DNA of 64,000 bases from Octopus sinensis (GCF_006345805.1 NC_043016.1:12958001-13022000); one strand, 5' to 3'. Shown: positions 1 to 13,865, numbered from the stretch's first letter. The notes: generated by a model from the letters alone, not told the origin. Made by a program: numbers and translations.

Positions 1-94
1 ATCTTTTATCTTTTACTTGTTTCATTCATTGGGCTGCTGCTGTGGTGGGACTCTGTCTTGGAGGCTTTAAATGAACAAAGCACCGTCAGTGCTT

Positions 95-443
95 TTGTTT
101 TAGGGGTAAACCCCCTCCCCCCAGTCATGAATGACCATGAGACTGCACCTAGAAAATTCCCCTCTGAGGCACAAGTCTGTGCAAGGTTGGTTATGTAAGA
201 CCAACAGTCATCCATGCATACAAGCCTGCACTCTCCATACCACTGATTTTACCCAAGGTAAAGGCAAAGGGGCCGATACAGCTTGGCACCAGTGATGTTG
301 CAACTCATTTTCTACAACAGAGTGAACTGGAGCAACGTGAAATAAAGTGTCTTGCTCAAGAACACAACACACAGCCTAGTCTGGCAATCGAACTCACTAC
401 CTCATAATTGTGAGCCTGATACTCTAACCACTGAGTCATGCAC
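95..443 (-). mobile_element. tRNA-derived CORE-type SINE (family C)
   Basis: Minus strand reads GGTGCATGACTCAGTGGTTAGAG...GAGTTCGATT (A/B boxes), then TTCTTGAGCAAGACACTTTATTTC. Similar copies at about 13465, 19455, 23283, 39300, 49958 and 51395. Confidence 0.75.
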
Positions 444-477
444 CAGCCTGGTACTATATTCTATAGTTTTCTTTGTG

Positions 478-516
478 TAAACAAACCAATACCTGTTGTC
501 AAATGGTGGTAGGGGA

Positions 517-556
<40 letters not shown>

Positions 557-714
557 TGATGGGCTTCTTTCAGTTTCCGGCTACCAAATTCACTCATGGC
601 TTTAGTCGGCCAAAAGCTATAGCAGAAGATACTTACCTAAAGTGCCCCACAGTAGGACTGAACTCAGAACCATGTGGTTATGAAGCAAGCTTCTTACTAC
701 ACAACCATGCCTCC
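478..714 (-). mobile_element. tRNA-derived SINE family A, partial, with internal (CA)n
   Basis: Shares the head and body with the many family A copies in the window. Confidence 0.7.
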
Positions 715-2074
715 TAGAATAATAGATTTATGTTTTTACACTCATGCACCCCTTTGTGGTATTCTTTCAGTTCATCTAGAAATGAGTTCTCATTTGCCTA
801 GTGAGTGTTTGTCCTCCACAATATTACTGTTAAGACTCCGTATTTTGTACCCAGGTAGATGATTTGTTTGTAGTCTTGGGGTTTTGTTTCTTTATGCTTT
901 TAGTCTTGGACATTTTAATGTCTGTTAAACGTCTTAACCAGAAGTTTATAACTTTTATAGTTTCCTGGAGCTTTCCCATTCATTTCTTTGTAGTTTCTGA
1001 ACTATTTCTTGTTATCGCTTGCCACAAGTGTTCAGGCATTGCACTTGTTGTTTTGAACATTTTCAGATGCTGTACCTGCTTATCTTTATTATTCACGGAT
1101 TGAGAAATACATGGAGTTTTCTTTCACTTTCTTTCACCAAAGCTAATTAGGGTACTTGTTAAGAGGGTGGGAAAATAAAACAAGCATAAAAACGTACAGT
1201 TAACAGAAGCTGTGCGAACATTTCCTAACAATATTCACAGAGCTTCATATTACTGTTGTCTGGAATGCGCCACCTATATCTATCTTTATAGATAATCTGG
1301 CTATGTATTTATTGAAGTGGTTGTGTATCACTTTGCTTGTACCTATTAGAAATGGAATGATGGAAATGAACCAAGAGAACTCCTATGTGACTACTTAAGT
1401 TGCTAGAGATACCAACCAAATTTCCTTTGAATTTCACCCTACTGTTTCAAAATAAAGGAAGGACACATTGAAACTGAATAAAAATATCTTAGATACACTA
1501 GAGATTTTGTTGCTTTTCCCAACAAGGTCAATTACTGTTTAGAAGTTTCCTTGTTGGTTCGAATTCAGCAAACCAGCATTTCTGGGAGAGGGTAAGTGGT
1601 AGAAAAAGGATAGTTGTGATGGGAATATCTTTAATCCTAGATCTGCTTGACCAGAGCTGACCTGGGGTTAAACAACAAAATTGACGAATTTCTTTAATTG
1701 CTGTCATTTATTAAAATTCAATTGCTAAGTCTGTATAATTCCTTAACTTTTCAACTGAAATTTTGCTCATTGTATCTGTCATTTGGTTATTTATAATAAA
1801 AAGAAGCCAACTGCTGTTTCTTTAACCTTTCAGATTACTCTGTCAAATGTAATGTTTATTTATTCACATTGTTTTTGAATTTAGCATGCATCATTGCATA
1901 GCTTCGAGATTTCAGTGTGATTGTTTATTTTTATCATGACATTGTAGGGGAGACGTGAGAGACAGGATCTGGCCATTTTTTTACATGAAACAGGCAGAAT
2001 ATTTGGGACAGATATAAGGCTAATTTAAATGATACAATGTTAAGCTCTTGTTACTCATGTTATTTTGTTAAAAG

Positions 2075-2345
2075 AACACCCATGCTGGTGCCACATAAAA
2101 ATCACCCGTGCTAGTACCATGTAAAAAGCACCTGTGCTGGCACCACATAGAAAGTACCCCTTCTGGTCCCACTTAAAAAGCACCTGATACACTCTATAAA
2201 AGGGTTGGCATTAGGAAGTGCATCCAGCCATAGAAAGCATGCCAAAACAAACAATTGGAATTTGGTGCTACTCTATGGCTTGCCTGCCCCTGTCAAACTG
2301 TCCAACCCATGCCAGCATGGAAAATGAATATTGGATGACAATGGA
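2075..2345 (+). mobile_element. SINE family B (GGTTGGCGTTAGGAAGGGCATCC core, RTE-like (GAT)n tail)
   Basis: Core motif and ...CATGCCAGCATGGAAAA...GGATGAC tail are shared with about 12 copies. It also has degenerate internal tandem units. Confidence 0.7.
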
Positions 2346-2969
2346 GATGAAACCCCCTCCCCACCGGCTTTGGTTAATATTCCTCTTGTTTTTTCTCCTT
2401 TGAGTACACCACATCCTGCTGCTCAAACACACATTTTAGTTCTTTCTTGTGTATTGTCCTTCTATTTCAGCTTTCAATCAATTTTCTTATTCACTTGTAA
2501 ATTTTGTTTAAATTCTTTCACCTTTTGTCACTTCTTCAGATAATTTAGAAGTCATTTTTAAAATGTAACAAAGACAGCTGGACAAAACTGATTTTTTTTT
2601 TTTTTGTGTGTGTGTCTGTGATATTTTGGTAAAAAGTGCATCATATATGCCCGCAAATATGCTGCCATGTCATCTCCATGGTACCCCAGCAACTGAATCA
2701 ACCTGAGTCCATCTCCAACTTTCCACATGGATATCAGTTTCTTTTTTTCTTCCTGTCACTCCACCCCAGACAAGATTTAAGGCAGACTTTGTATTTCAAC
2801 TAGATTTGTGAGCGGATCTTTTTCCAGACATAGTTATCCATGTAGTAGATGCTTCGGAATTCTTTCATCTTACTCAGGAAACTACATGCCCTGCCCACCT
2901 CAGTCTGTTATGTTGCAGGAGAGCATCTTTGATTACAACATTTACTAATTTCATAACCTTAACATCACT

Positions 2970-3024
<55 letters not shown>

Positions 3025-3651
3025 AGGTATATGTAAAGTTTGTCGGAGGTACTTTTACTGAGAAAGCTCCTTCAAAAAAAAAAAAACATTAAGTAAGAAG
3101 ACACCTATGTACTCCACAGGGTAAGACAACGTAATTTGTCTTAGTGAGATATTTTTCACTAAGTTCTCAACAAATATTCAAAGCTCACACACACACACAC
3201 GCGTATGCGCCTGTCTTTGTGTGCGTATGTATATGTGTGTGTTCATATACACATTGACTACAATGAGAAAATGGGCAAAAACTAGTATGCGCTTTCAAAA
3301 ACCAACAACAGCCATCGACAGCCAGGAACACAATGCATGTGTGCATGTGTGCCCCACATGTGCATGAACATGTGGATCCTGAATCAGTTTGCTTGCACAC
3401 GTGTGCTTACTCTTGGATAACGGCACCAAGAGTCATTATTGGATAGTTGGCCATATGATGAACACACACACATTCACAAGCACACAGAACTTGTGTGTAT
3501 GCATGTATATGTACATTTGTGTGCATATATATTTGCACATATTTACATACATATAAAATGTGTGTGTGTGATTTTGTGTATATGTGTACCCCCCTCACAC
3601 ATTCATTAGATATATATACACACGTGTATGTATGTATAAAATAATGCATAA

Positions 3652-3793
3652 TTGTTAGTGTGTGTGTGTGTGTGTATATATATATATGTTATATATATAT
3701 ACATATATATATATGTATATACATATATACATACATATATATACATACATCATACATATATATATAGACATATATATATACATATATATATAC

Positions 3794-3830
<37 letters not shown>

Positions 3831-3918
3831 CTATAGAATTCTGCCTATACCTATATGTATATTATATATAATATATATATACACCACATACATATATAAA
3901 TATAAACATACAACATAA
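3652..3918. repeat. (TG)n/(TA)n compound microsatellite upstream of the FHA exon
   Basis: Direct reading of the sequence. Confidence 0.95.
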
Positions 3919-4006
3919 ATCCCCTGCCCCTATACATTTGCGTGTATAAATATTATAAATAATATGAACCCATATTAATAATTTCCTTTTTCTGTTTATT
4001 TTCTAG

Positions 4007-4096
4007 GGTAGCAGTGTAGATAAGCGGCATGCTGTGGTAACTTTCGATCACTATCTCAACAAATTTAAGATAAAGGATTTAAGTACCATTCATGGG
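4007..4096 (+). CDS. CEP170: CEP170-like gene, internal FHA-domain exon (GSSVDKRHAVVTFDHYLNKFKIKDLSTIHG), 90 nt, phase 0-0
   Basis: Acceptor tttattttctAG at 4005-4006 and donor GTAAGG at 4097. The 30 open codons align by eye with the recalled human CEP170 FHA segment [30 protein letters not shown]. Confidence 0.9.
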
Positions 4097-4737
4097 GTAA
4101 GGCGATAAGCATTTTGTTTATTGTTTTATTTTCTTCATCTATTTATATTTGCTTTTGTAATTTGCAAATTTCAGGCAATTTTTTTCTTCCTGTATATGTA
4201 TGAAACATCAAAGATCTATTTTTATTTGTATTTTATTAAGTTTGCATGTATCATGTTCCGTTTTGACGTCAGTTTCAGATTTCTAGACGCGGAGCAATTT
4301 GTATCTTCTCAGGTGATATCGTAATCTGTCTGATATCGGTGGGGACCAACTAGTGTGTAGCATTTTGAATGGTTTACCAGGTAGTTTAGTAAGATTTCAT
4401 GTGTGTGTGTGCATGTGTGTGTGTGTGTGTTGAAAGAATGAAAAGGAAATGGTTGAGCCTAATACAGCATGTTTGCAGACCCCTTATAAAAATTGAGGTG
4501 TTGAGAACGGAAGATGAGATTAGCTTCCTGTGGTGAGTGGTGGTGGTGGTGGTGGTAGTGATTTCAATAAGGATGTTTTTGGAGTAATATGTGCATGGCC
4601 TTAAAACACGGTGTGCTTTTCTTGGTACTGGTGTCAGTAATGGGAATGCAGAGGTTTTATCCAAAGATATAATGATCATGTTTGGAACATTAGAATAAAA
4701 TGGATAAATTTAGCAGTGGTTCGTTCAAGGAAATTAG

Positions 4738-4960
4738 TCATCATCATCATCATTGAGCATCCGCTTTCCATGCTGGGATGGGTTACATGGTTCAACTGGA
4801 ACTGGTAAGCCAGAGAGCTGTACCAGGTTCCAGTCTGATTTGGCTTGGTTTCTACGGCTGGATGCCCTTTCTAATTAATGCCAGCCACTTTACAGAGTGT
4901 AGTGGGTGCCTTTTACATGTCCCTGGCACTGACCACAATTGCAATCTCACTTGGCTTGAC
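4738..4960 (-). mobile_element. SINE family B copy
   Basis: (CAT)n followed by ...CCATGCTGGGATGGGTT...GGATGCCCTTTCTAAT, the reverse complement of the family B 3' end. Confidence 0.75.
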
Positions 4961-5992
4961 AAGTCTTTCTAAGCATAGCAAATTGTTAAAGGTTTCAATT
5001 TATTTATTAATTTACATATACACACACACACATATGCATATGGGAGAAATTATGATAAACTCAGGCTTGTATTATTTATTCCCTATGTGCATTTCATGAT
5101 TGTGGTTGTTTTAGAACCCTGCATTCTTTAACAGAGTCAGGAAGTGTGAGTGAACAGGGTTTCTGGTAGAAATAACACTGATAATAATCTTACAGTTGTA
5201 CAAGGTCAGAAACTTGTAATAGAGGCAGTATAGTCAGCTAAATCTTCTCCAGTGCATGACTGGTACTTATTTTATTAACCCAGAAATGGATAGCAGTTGT
5301 CCCTGGAGGGGTTGATCTGAGAACATATTAATATTCATTTCCCTTGTTTGTATGGGTTACACAAAGATTATTGAGACAGATTTTCTGTGGCAAGGTAACT
5401 AGTAACTGCATGAAACCACGGCTTTTACATTGGTGTCCCTCAACTAGAAGGATACTGTGACAACAGCTAGGAGTTCCTCACTCCTGATGGTTTTAAGTAA
5501 GATGGCCATTGACTCTCTTGAGACCAATTTCCTTTTGATGGGTCTTGTCCAAAACCCACCCTACTCACCAAACAGGTTTAGTGTTGTTGCTGGTTTAGTT
5601 ACTGATGACCCAACCATGCAACAGGTTGTATTGGGTTACATGTTAGCAATAGCACTCAAGAATGTCTTGGCTCAGTGATACAGTTACACTTTGGAGTACA
5701 TCTGCATCATATGGGACAGTGATATTGTTATGCAGGCCAGTCATCTAAGACACCCTTTTCTAAAAGTGTGTGGAAAGCAACAAAAGAAAAATCAAAAAGC
5801 CAAAGAAACATGCTTCTACTTGATTGGCAGAGATTAATTTAGCCATTGTTCTACAGTCACTAATCCTCCTGCATGATATTTCTCTCCCTATTACAAATAG
5901 GTGGGAATCTGGATAAACCTTCTACTACTATTTGTGCCTCAACTTCCAAACCTTCATATGTGTGTATGTATGTGTGACTCCCTATATATATA

Positions 5993-6285
5993 CTAGCAGT
6001 ATCGCCCGGCGTTGCTCGGGTTTGTAAGGGAAATAACTATATAAGCATTTTTAGAGAGTTATAGCCCCAAAATAGCAAAAAATGCATTAAAATGGGAAAA
6101 AATGATGGTAAATTTTTTTTAAAATCGTAGACTCATCGTAGATGCACGCTAATACCCAGAAGGGCTCGATATGAATCACGACTATAAGATACCCGGTTTT
6201 GGTTAAACTGCATCGCAAAATGTGGGAGTAGTTAGGAATCTAAATCGTAGGAGACAGACACACAACTTCTCTTTTATATATAAAG

Positions 6286-6286
<1 letters not shown>
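5993..6286 (-). mobile_element. Non-autonomous Helitron, about 294 bp
   Basis: Minus strand begins A|TCTTTATATATAAAAG and ends CCCGAGCAACGCCGGG (hairpin)-CGATACTG-CTAG|T. It is inserted between A and T of a (TA)n tract with no TSD. Confidence 0.8.
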
Positions 6287-6316
<30 letters not shown>

Positions 6317-6568
6317 CACTTGTCTTAACATCATGTGACAGTTGTAAATTAGTATCACCGTCATACAAGCAGTATCATTCATTGTCAATATTCTGCGAGG
6401 ACTGGCCTGACTTTGAGGAAATGTTGGCAACAGAAAGGGAATCCACATAGAAAATTTGCTTCAAATAAACTTCCTTCTGATCAATTCGAGCATAGAATTG
6501 TGGATGTTAATGATGATATTTGATTGTCATGAAATACAGAATTATCTTTTGTAAGTTTTGTATTCAAT

Positions 6569-6943
6569 GGCGTAGAAGTGGCTGTGTGGTAAGTAGCTTG
6601 CTTACGAACCACATGGTTCTGGGTTCAGTCCCACTGCATGGCAACTTGGGCAAGTGTCTTCTACTATAGCCTCGGGCTGACCAAAGCCTTGTGAGTGGAT
6701 TTGGTAGATGAAAACTGAAAGAAGCCGGTCGTATGTGTGTGTGTGTGTCCCCCCCGCAACATTGCTTGACAACCGATGCTGGTGTGTTTACATCCCCCGT
6801 AACTTAACGGTTTGGCAAAAGAGGCCAATAAAATAAGTACTAGGCTTACAAAAAATAAGTCCTGAGGTCGATTTGCTCGACAAAAGGCGGTGCTCCAGCA
6901 TGGCCACAGTCAAAATGACTGAAACAAGTAAAAGAGTAAAAGA
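6569..6943 (+). mobile_element. SINE family A, near full length
   Basis: Head GGCTGTGTGGTAAG...GGGTTCAGTCCC, internal (TG)n, tail GACTGAAACAAGTAAAAGAGTAAAAGA. Confidence 0.85.
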
Positions 6944-8873
6944 ATGCTTTATTGATATTATTTACTGTTGTTGCTGTTCAGAAAGTGTTAGACATCAAAG
7001 TTATGGAATTGGTAACACAGAACCACTGAATTTAATTTCTCAGTTTACGGTCCCACCAATTTCAGATTGCAATGAAACTTGTCAAACCAAATTAAATTAT
7101 AGTTGTGGTTATTGCTAGTGGCTTGTAAATGGCACCTGTGAAATCATGGCCATTGCTGGTTTCAGGTAAATGGCACCTGTGCTGGTGACACAAAAGCACC
7201 GATTACACTCTTGGAGTGGTTAGCATTAGGAAGGGCATCTAGTCATAGAAACCATGTCAAATCAGTCCGGAACCTGGTGCAGCTCTCAGACTTACTAGTT
7301 CCAGTCAAACTGTCCAACCCATGCCAGCATAGAAAGCAGACGGTAAATGATGATGATGATTATGATGATTTAGAGCACTCAATACACCCAAACAAATGTG
7401 ATATTATCAGGCTAATTTTTAACATTCTAATCCATTTATGCTTGTGGTATTATTAAAGATATTATTTATTAAAATACTTCAAAAGAATTAAGCTTAAAAT
7501 GAAATTTTTGAAATTTATAAGGGGCCATTTTAAAAATTCTTTATCAGAAGTTACAAAAGAAAAGGTTATATAGAAAATAAACTATAAGAATATTTCAAAA
7601 GAAAACCAGGAATATCTTGGTTTTAACTTAAAACTTTTGAAATGGTAAACAAAGCCTGAATACACAAAGTAGCTTAACTAATGTCCATTTTAAAAGATAT
7701 ACGAACCTTCATTTTTGAGATCAAAGCATTGTCTGACTATAAAATTAAAGTAAAAGCAAAATGGGAAAAATTACATTAAATGAAATAAAAATCAAATTGT
7801 GACATATTTGAAAGTTTATGCTTACGGAAATTAAAGATTTATGTAAGGATTAAAACTATAAAATCCCAAATTTACTAACATCTTGTTTTTATCAAAAAAA
7901 TAGCTTCAAGCAGATTCTTCTTCATAGGAGCCTTTAAGATCACATTTGATTATTGTCAGTGTAGTAAGCTGTCAAATTAGTCTGTGAAATTGGAAATTTT
8001 AATGCATTATATTATAATTCACATTTACTTAGAGTTGGCACCCCCTGCCCCAACCATTCCATCAACCATTTCTCTTCTACCTCCAGCTGTTACCCTTGCC
8101 TCACATACTGATAAAAGTGCCCATTCTCCCTTTTCCTGATCCCCTGTCTGTATCCTCTATTAAGCTCACCTTCCTGTACCTTGAGAGTTTACTCTAGTAT
8201 TCCATTACTGTCATCTTTAACTCTTTCCCAGCTACTCCTACCTTCTATATAATATAGAGTAGCCATGTATCTCCTCTACTGTAAGACATCTATGTTTGTC
8301 TCGCTGTCATACTTTTAGCCTTTTGACACTTGGCATAACCTCCGCCCGTACCCCACCAATACTCCTCCTACACTTTGTAGTGGGAGCTTTTTCCTCTTCC
8401 TTTCTCCCTCACTCGGCAACCTCACTAATGCTGATGGCACAAAAAAATCATCCAGTACAGTAAAGTGGTTGGTATTAAGAAGGGCGTCCAGTTGTAGAAA
8501 CCATGCCAAAGCTGACACCAGAGGCCAGTATACCCCTGTGGCTTGCTAGATCCCATCAAACCATCCAACCTCTGCCAACCTGGCAAACAGACATTGAATG
8601 ACTATAATGGTTCATTTTTATCAACTCTGACCCTACAGCCCTGTTTGGCATTTTGAATTTTTATACTAATTAGCTGATTAAGGGGCATTTTAAATTTTAA
8701 AATTTCTGTACTTCTCAGTGGATGTTGCTCGGTATTATTTTCATATTTTGGTGGTGCTTATTTTAGGCTTAATTAATCATTTCACTTTAAATTAAGAACC
8801 AAAAAAGAAAGCGTCCTAATATTCTCAAATGGTGTTATTGTTTGGTCTTTAGCTCTTTAATAGCAAAATAGAC

Positions 8874-9243
8874 AGGTGTAGGAGTGGCTGTGTCATAAGT
8901 AGCTTGCTTACCAACCACATGGTCCCAGGTTCAGTCCCACTGCATAGCACCTTGGGCAAGTGTCTTCTGCTATAGCCTTGGGCCGACCAAAGCCTTGTGA
9001 GTGGATTTGGTTGACGGAAACTGAAAGAAGCCCGTCATGTATCTGTTTTCCCCCCCGCCCCATTGCTTGATGGTGTGTTTATGTTGGTGTGTTTACATCC
9101 CCATAACTTTCTGGTTTGTCAAAAAAGACCAATAAGATAAGCACTAAGCTTACAAAGAATAAGTCCTAGGGTCAATTTGTTTGAGGTTAAAGGTGGTGCT
9201 CTAGCATGGCCATGATCAAATGGCTGAAACAAGTAAAAGATAA
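8874..9243 (+). mobile_element. SINE family A, near full length
   Basis: Same head, body and tail as the 6569 copy. Confidence 0.85.
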
Positions 9244-10740
9244 GGGTAATGGCTCTTTAAATCCATGATAGTTTAGGCAACTGATATTAAATGTCAATCT
9301 TTTTTACAATCCAGAATTGGTAAAAGGAGATTATTGGAGCTTTTTGAGATACTTTTGTGCTTCCCACACACACAAGGAACCCTTGTATTTTATAAATTTC
9401 ATCTAGACAATTTTTTCTCTCCCTTTAGCAAATATATCCTCATCAACTTCTGCTAATTATCGTTATGTTCTCTACTTAATCCTGACATTCTGTTTGTTAG
9501 TAAGGTTAACACTTTCTGTATTTGTTTTGCTTGCAGTTTCACTTTTGCCTCACATTTACGTTTCTGTAATTGTCTTTGGTCACCGAGTCGGTGTGTAAAC
9601 TCTTATTCTCTGAGAACTGCCAAATCCAATGGCTTAATTATATCCCCCCCCTCCACAAAAAAACAAAATTTGTTTTCTATTTACCTTAACTCTTCCTCTC
9701 TATTCAAAATAGCAGAAGCATGTTTTCTTTTTACAGTTTACTCAGGGAGTGAGCTGTATCCATGACGTTGATAAGACTTCTAAGAAGGGGTGTGGGGAAT
9801 TTTGGCAAAGCTGTTCTGGTGCCGTTTATTTTGGCGTCGCTGATTCCATGCTACTTATTTCAACATCAGATGTTTTAACGTTTCTCTTGTTCTCTTCCTG
9901 TCTCATCACTTCCTTTCTTTCTCTCTTACTCACATTTAGGTACAGTCATGTGTGTGTGTGTGTGTGTGTGTGTGTAACAACAGTAGCACCCAAAGAATGA
10001 GTTGTCTTCCTTTGAATCATACGATTGTATGTCTTGCACCTCTACCTTGCTAAAAACAAAAAGAAAAGAAAAACGTGTTTTAACTGACTGTACTAATTGC
10101 CACCCTTCCAACATAAAGATAATGAGACTAATGATTAACAGTTTTTTCTCCAGTAACATTATCTTTGTATCTTTGACAATTATTTTCACAGGTCAATGCT
10201 ATTCTTGCAGTTACTCATAAATTGTCTCCAGTCTTTAAAGAACCATAACATGAAGAGACTGGCAAACTAGCTGAATCACTGGAGCATCAGAGGAAAATGC
10301 TCTGTGGTATTTATTGTGGCTCCTGCATTCTGGGTTCAAATTCTGTTAAGGGTTAACTTCTCCTTACATCCTTCTGGCATTAATAAAATGCAGTACCATT
10401 CAAGTACTACATATGATGGCATCAACTGACCATCATCCCTCAAAATGGCTGGCTTTGTATCTACATTAGACAGCAGTCCAGGTAATAATATCGTCCATAG
10501 AAGAGATATCATAATGGAAGTGTCTTGCTCTGTTAACAATGTCTGGCAACAAAGATAACTCCCTATCTATAAAATCCATAGCACATCTCACAATATCACA
10601 GAAGCCATTATGAAAGGGTAGCAGAGTAGCAGAAATGGAGAAGATGCTGGAACTAAATATCGTACATTATTTGGTTATGCTACTTCATGTTGTGAGTTCA
10701 AATATGACTAGAGTTGAGCTTCAACGTTCTTTCACTGGCA

Positions 10741-10965
10741 TTAATAAAATAAGGCGGCGAGCTGGCAGAAACGTTAACATGCCAGGCAAAATGCTTAGCA
10801 GTATTTTGTCTGTCTTTACGTTCTGAGTTCAAATTCCACCGAGGTCGACTTTGCCTTTCGTCCTTTCGGGGTTGATAAATTAAGTACCAGTTGCGTACCG
10901 GTGTCGATCTAATCAACTGGCCCCCTTTCCCCAAAATTTTGGGCCTTGTGACTAGAGTAGAAAAG
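10741..10965 (+). mobile_element. SINE family D (GGCGAGCTGGCAGAA head; GCCTTTCATCCTTTCGGGGTCGATAAA central domain)
   Basis: B-box GAGTTCAAATTCC and a conserved central domain shared with copies at 21850, 33812, 34050, 48072, 56215, 56773 and 58822. Confidence 0.75.
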
Positions 10966-11525
10966 ATTAATAGAATATTTACTAGTGGTTTACCAGAATA
11001 GGTTCTCTTAAGTAAATTCTTGCTTACAATGTGTAAACCTAGTACCAATGTATGGAATTGTTAACTAATGAATAAAAAAATGCGTAATTAAGCATCTACT
11101 TTTATTATTCTTGTTATTTCTGAAGAATATGGCATTTTACTGGTGTTGTTTTAATTAATGACAATTAAATGAACACCAACAAAATTCAATTCCTTCTTTG
11201 CCTCCTTTTCCTTTGCCTTCTTCACCTGCACATTCTTTGCCTTCTTCCTCCTCCTCTTTCTTCTCTCTTTCTTAACTACATGTTTTTTAAATTTGGCATT
11301 CTGCCCACTGATAATGGTTGTTCTCAGATTTTCACTTCAAATTTGGATCAGATAATTTACTGACGTGTCCTGATACCAAAATGCATATATAAATTTCAAA
11401 GAACTACCAATCAGTTTTATGATTCATGAGTAAATACCAGTTTAAAAGATGTCTCTTCTTTGGGTAAAATCACTACAGTGTACAATGCCACAATTGTCTT
11501 TGGAAAATTTCAATCTTTCCATGCA

Positions 11526-11560
<35 letters not shown>

Positions 11561-12214
11561 GGATTTGTGAGGTTTGGTTCTGTTGTTAAGAAATGTTCTG
11601 AGAGCAGCACTTAACATCAAATGGCAGTACCATTTAACAAACCAGGTTTTTGATGGTAATCTTGTAAGAGTTACTTCCATCATAAAGGAAAGAAGTATGG
11701 GATTCTGCAGATGCTGATTTTGTAACAAGGATGAAACAGCGGGTGAAATGCTGGTGTGGGAACCAACACACAGAATGCAATCTAAGGGGTCGTCCTGTCA
11801 GGATATTTATTGGTTGAAGACTTTGTCCTACTGAAGTGTGCCCTACAAAAAGCAATGCTGGAGAAGGAGACTAGTAAGTTGGTGGTGTTCATTTGTGAAC
11901 GATGCAATTATGATTAAAAAATAGTTCAGCGCCAAACAACGGTTGACTCTCATCATCATTTTAACATCCACTTCCCATGTTTGCACAGGTCAGATGGTAT
12001 TTATTATTGAATCAGATTTTTTATGGCTAGATGCCTTTGCAGTTGCCAACCCTCACTTATTTCCAAGTAAGCTAATACTTCCCCATGGCCACATATGTTT
12101 TTACAGAATATTGGAAATGAATGACATATTGCTTGTATGACACTCATTTACAATTATCACAACTATCGTGTGATGTCAAGCATGTGTGTGTGTGTATGTG
12201 CGTGCGTGTGTATC

Positions 12215-12545
12215 AAGTTCATCGTTTAACATCTGCTTTCCATGCTGGCATGGGTTGGATGGTTTGACTGAGGACTGGCAAGTCAAGAGGCTGCACCAGA
12301 CTCCAATCTGATCTGGTAAAGTTTCTACAGCTGGATGCCTTTCCTAATGCCAACTATTCCAAGAGTATAGCATGTGTTTTTTACGTGCCACCTGTATGGG
12401 AGGCCAATCAGGTGGCACTAACATCAACCACACAAAAATGTGCTTTTTTACATGCCACCAGTATGGGTGCCAGTCCAGCAGCACTAGTATTGACCACGCT
12501 GAAATGGTGCTTTTTACATGCCACTGGTATGGGTGCCAATCAGGC
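12215..12545 (-). mobile_element. SINE family B copy with internal tandem units
   Basis: Reverse-complement core plus repeated TGCTTTTTACATGCCAC units. Confidence 0.7.
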
Positions 12546-13727
12546 AAGCTCAAGATAATATATAAGGAAAAACAAACTAAAGGAAAAACTTAAATGTAGA
12601 GCCCTAGCATGGCCACGATCTAACCACTTGCCATAAGCACCAGGCATCATAATTTTCTTTGCATGAAATAATGTTGTTCAAATGTAAAGAATCCTTAGAG
12701 CTTGTCTCCAAGCTTTCAATTCTGACATTTTCCTTCTCAGAAGAATGGAGTTTTTGCATCAAGAATTATTGTTGCTTAACCTGAGTTACCTGAAATCTAA
12801 TTTAGCAGACTTAAGATCAAAAACATTTCAAATGTGACTCTATCATTCTTTTTATTCAGGCAGAGTAGATTCAAATAGATATTATCCAAAATATTGTTCA
12901 CTCTTTAAGAAGGTAAGATGTGATATAAGTGGTTTTGGCTGCTGCTATTTCTAGCAGAGTGAGTGACTATATAGAGGGTACCTTGTTGGTTCCTCATCAC
13001 TTGTGGTTTTGCAACACATCAAGCTGCAATCTTTTAAATTCCATTTTTATTAATTGAGTTAATTAATTAATTTTAATTTTTAAATCTTATCTTTGAGTTA
13101 CGGCTTATGCCCTTTTTTGGATACGACAAAATAGGCGTGAAACAAAATTACAAATAAGAATTAAGAAATTAATAAGAATGAGACCTTATAGTTTTTAACT
13201 TGATATTTTTTAGTGTATATTTTTTCAGATGGTTTCAAAGAAGAATTTTTTTGATTTAAATTTAGATAAGTATAGATCTAAAAATTAGATTTACATGATG
13301 TAATGAAAAAAAAAAGGGTTAAATTAGTCAACAAGTCATTCATTATTTTAAGAAATTACTGTGTTTTCCATTAAAATAAATCTGTTTTACTATTATCTTC
13401 TTTAATCATAAACTAAATAAACCTGAGTTTATATAGTCATGGTTTGTCTATGTTTCTTTATCATGAAAGCACATGGCTAAGTGTTTTGGGTATTCAGCTC
13501 AAGATCATAACATTACTAGTTCAAATACTTTGTAGCACATTGAGTTCTTGAGCAAGACTCTTTATTTCACATTGCTCCAGTCCACTTAGCTGGCAAAAAT
13601 GAGTTGTGCTTGTAATTCAAAGGGCCAGCCTTGTGACACTGTGTGTCACACTGAATCTCCTTGAGAACTATATTAAGGGTACATTATTTACATTTGATGG
13701 ATATTTGTCCTCATCTTGTTTGTTGTT

Positions 13728-13773
13728 AATGCAACGTTTCGGCTGATATACCCTCCAGCCTTCATCAGGTGTC
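13728..13773 (-). ncRNA. Minimal type I hammerhead ribozyme-like motif (minus strand)
   Basis: Minus strand reads GACAC-CUGAUGA-A-GGCUG[GAGGGUAUAU]CAGCC-GAA-ACGU-U-GCAUU. The core and stem II are intact and stem III is a palindrome; stem I is degraded. Confidence 0.55.
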
Positions 13774-13820
13774 TTGGGGAAATTTCAGACCTGGGTTCTC
13801 ATTCCTAAGGTATTTTTCAA

Positions 13821-13865
<45 letters not shown>

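Noticed and set aside
1-4006. Start-codon exon of the CEP170-like gene
   Set aside because: No sequence resembling the FHA N-terminus (..W.L....G....L....IFVGR.DC) was found, so it is presumed upstream of the window.
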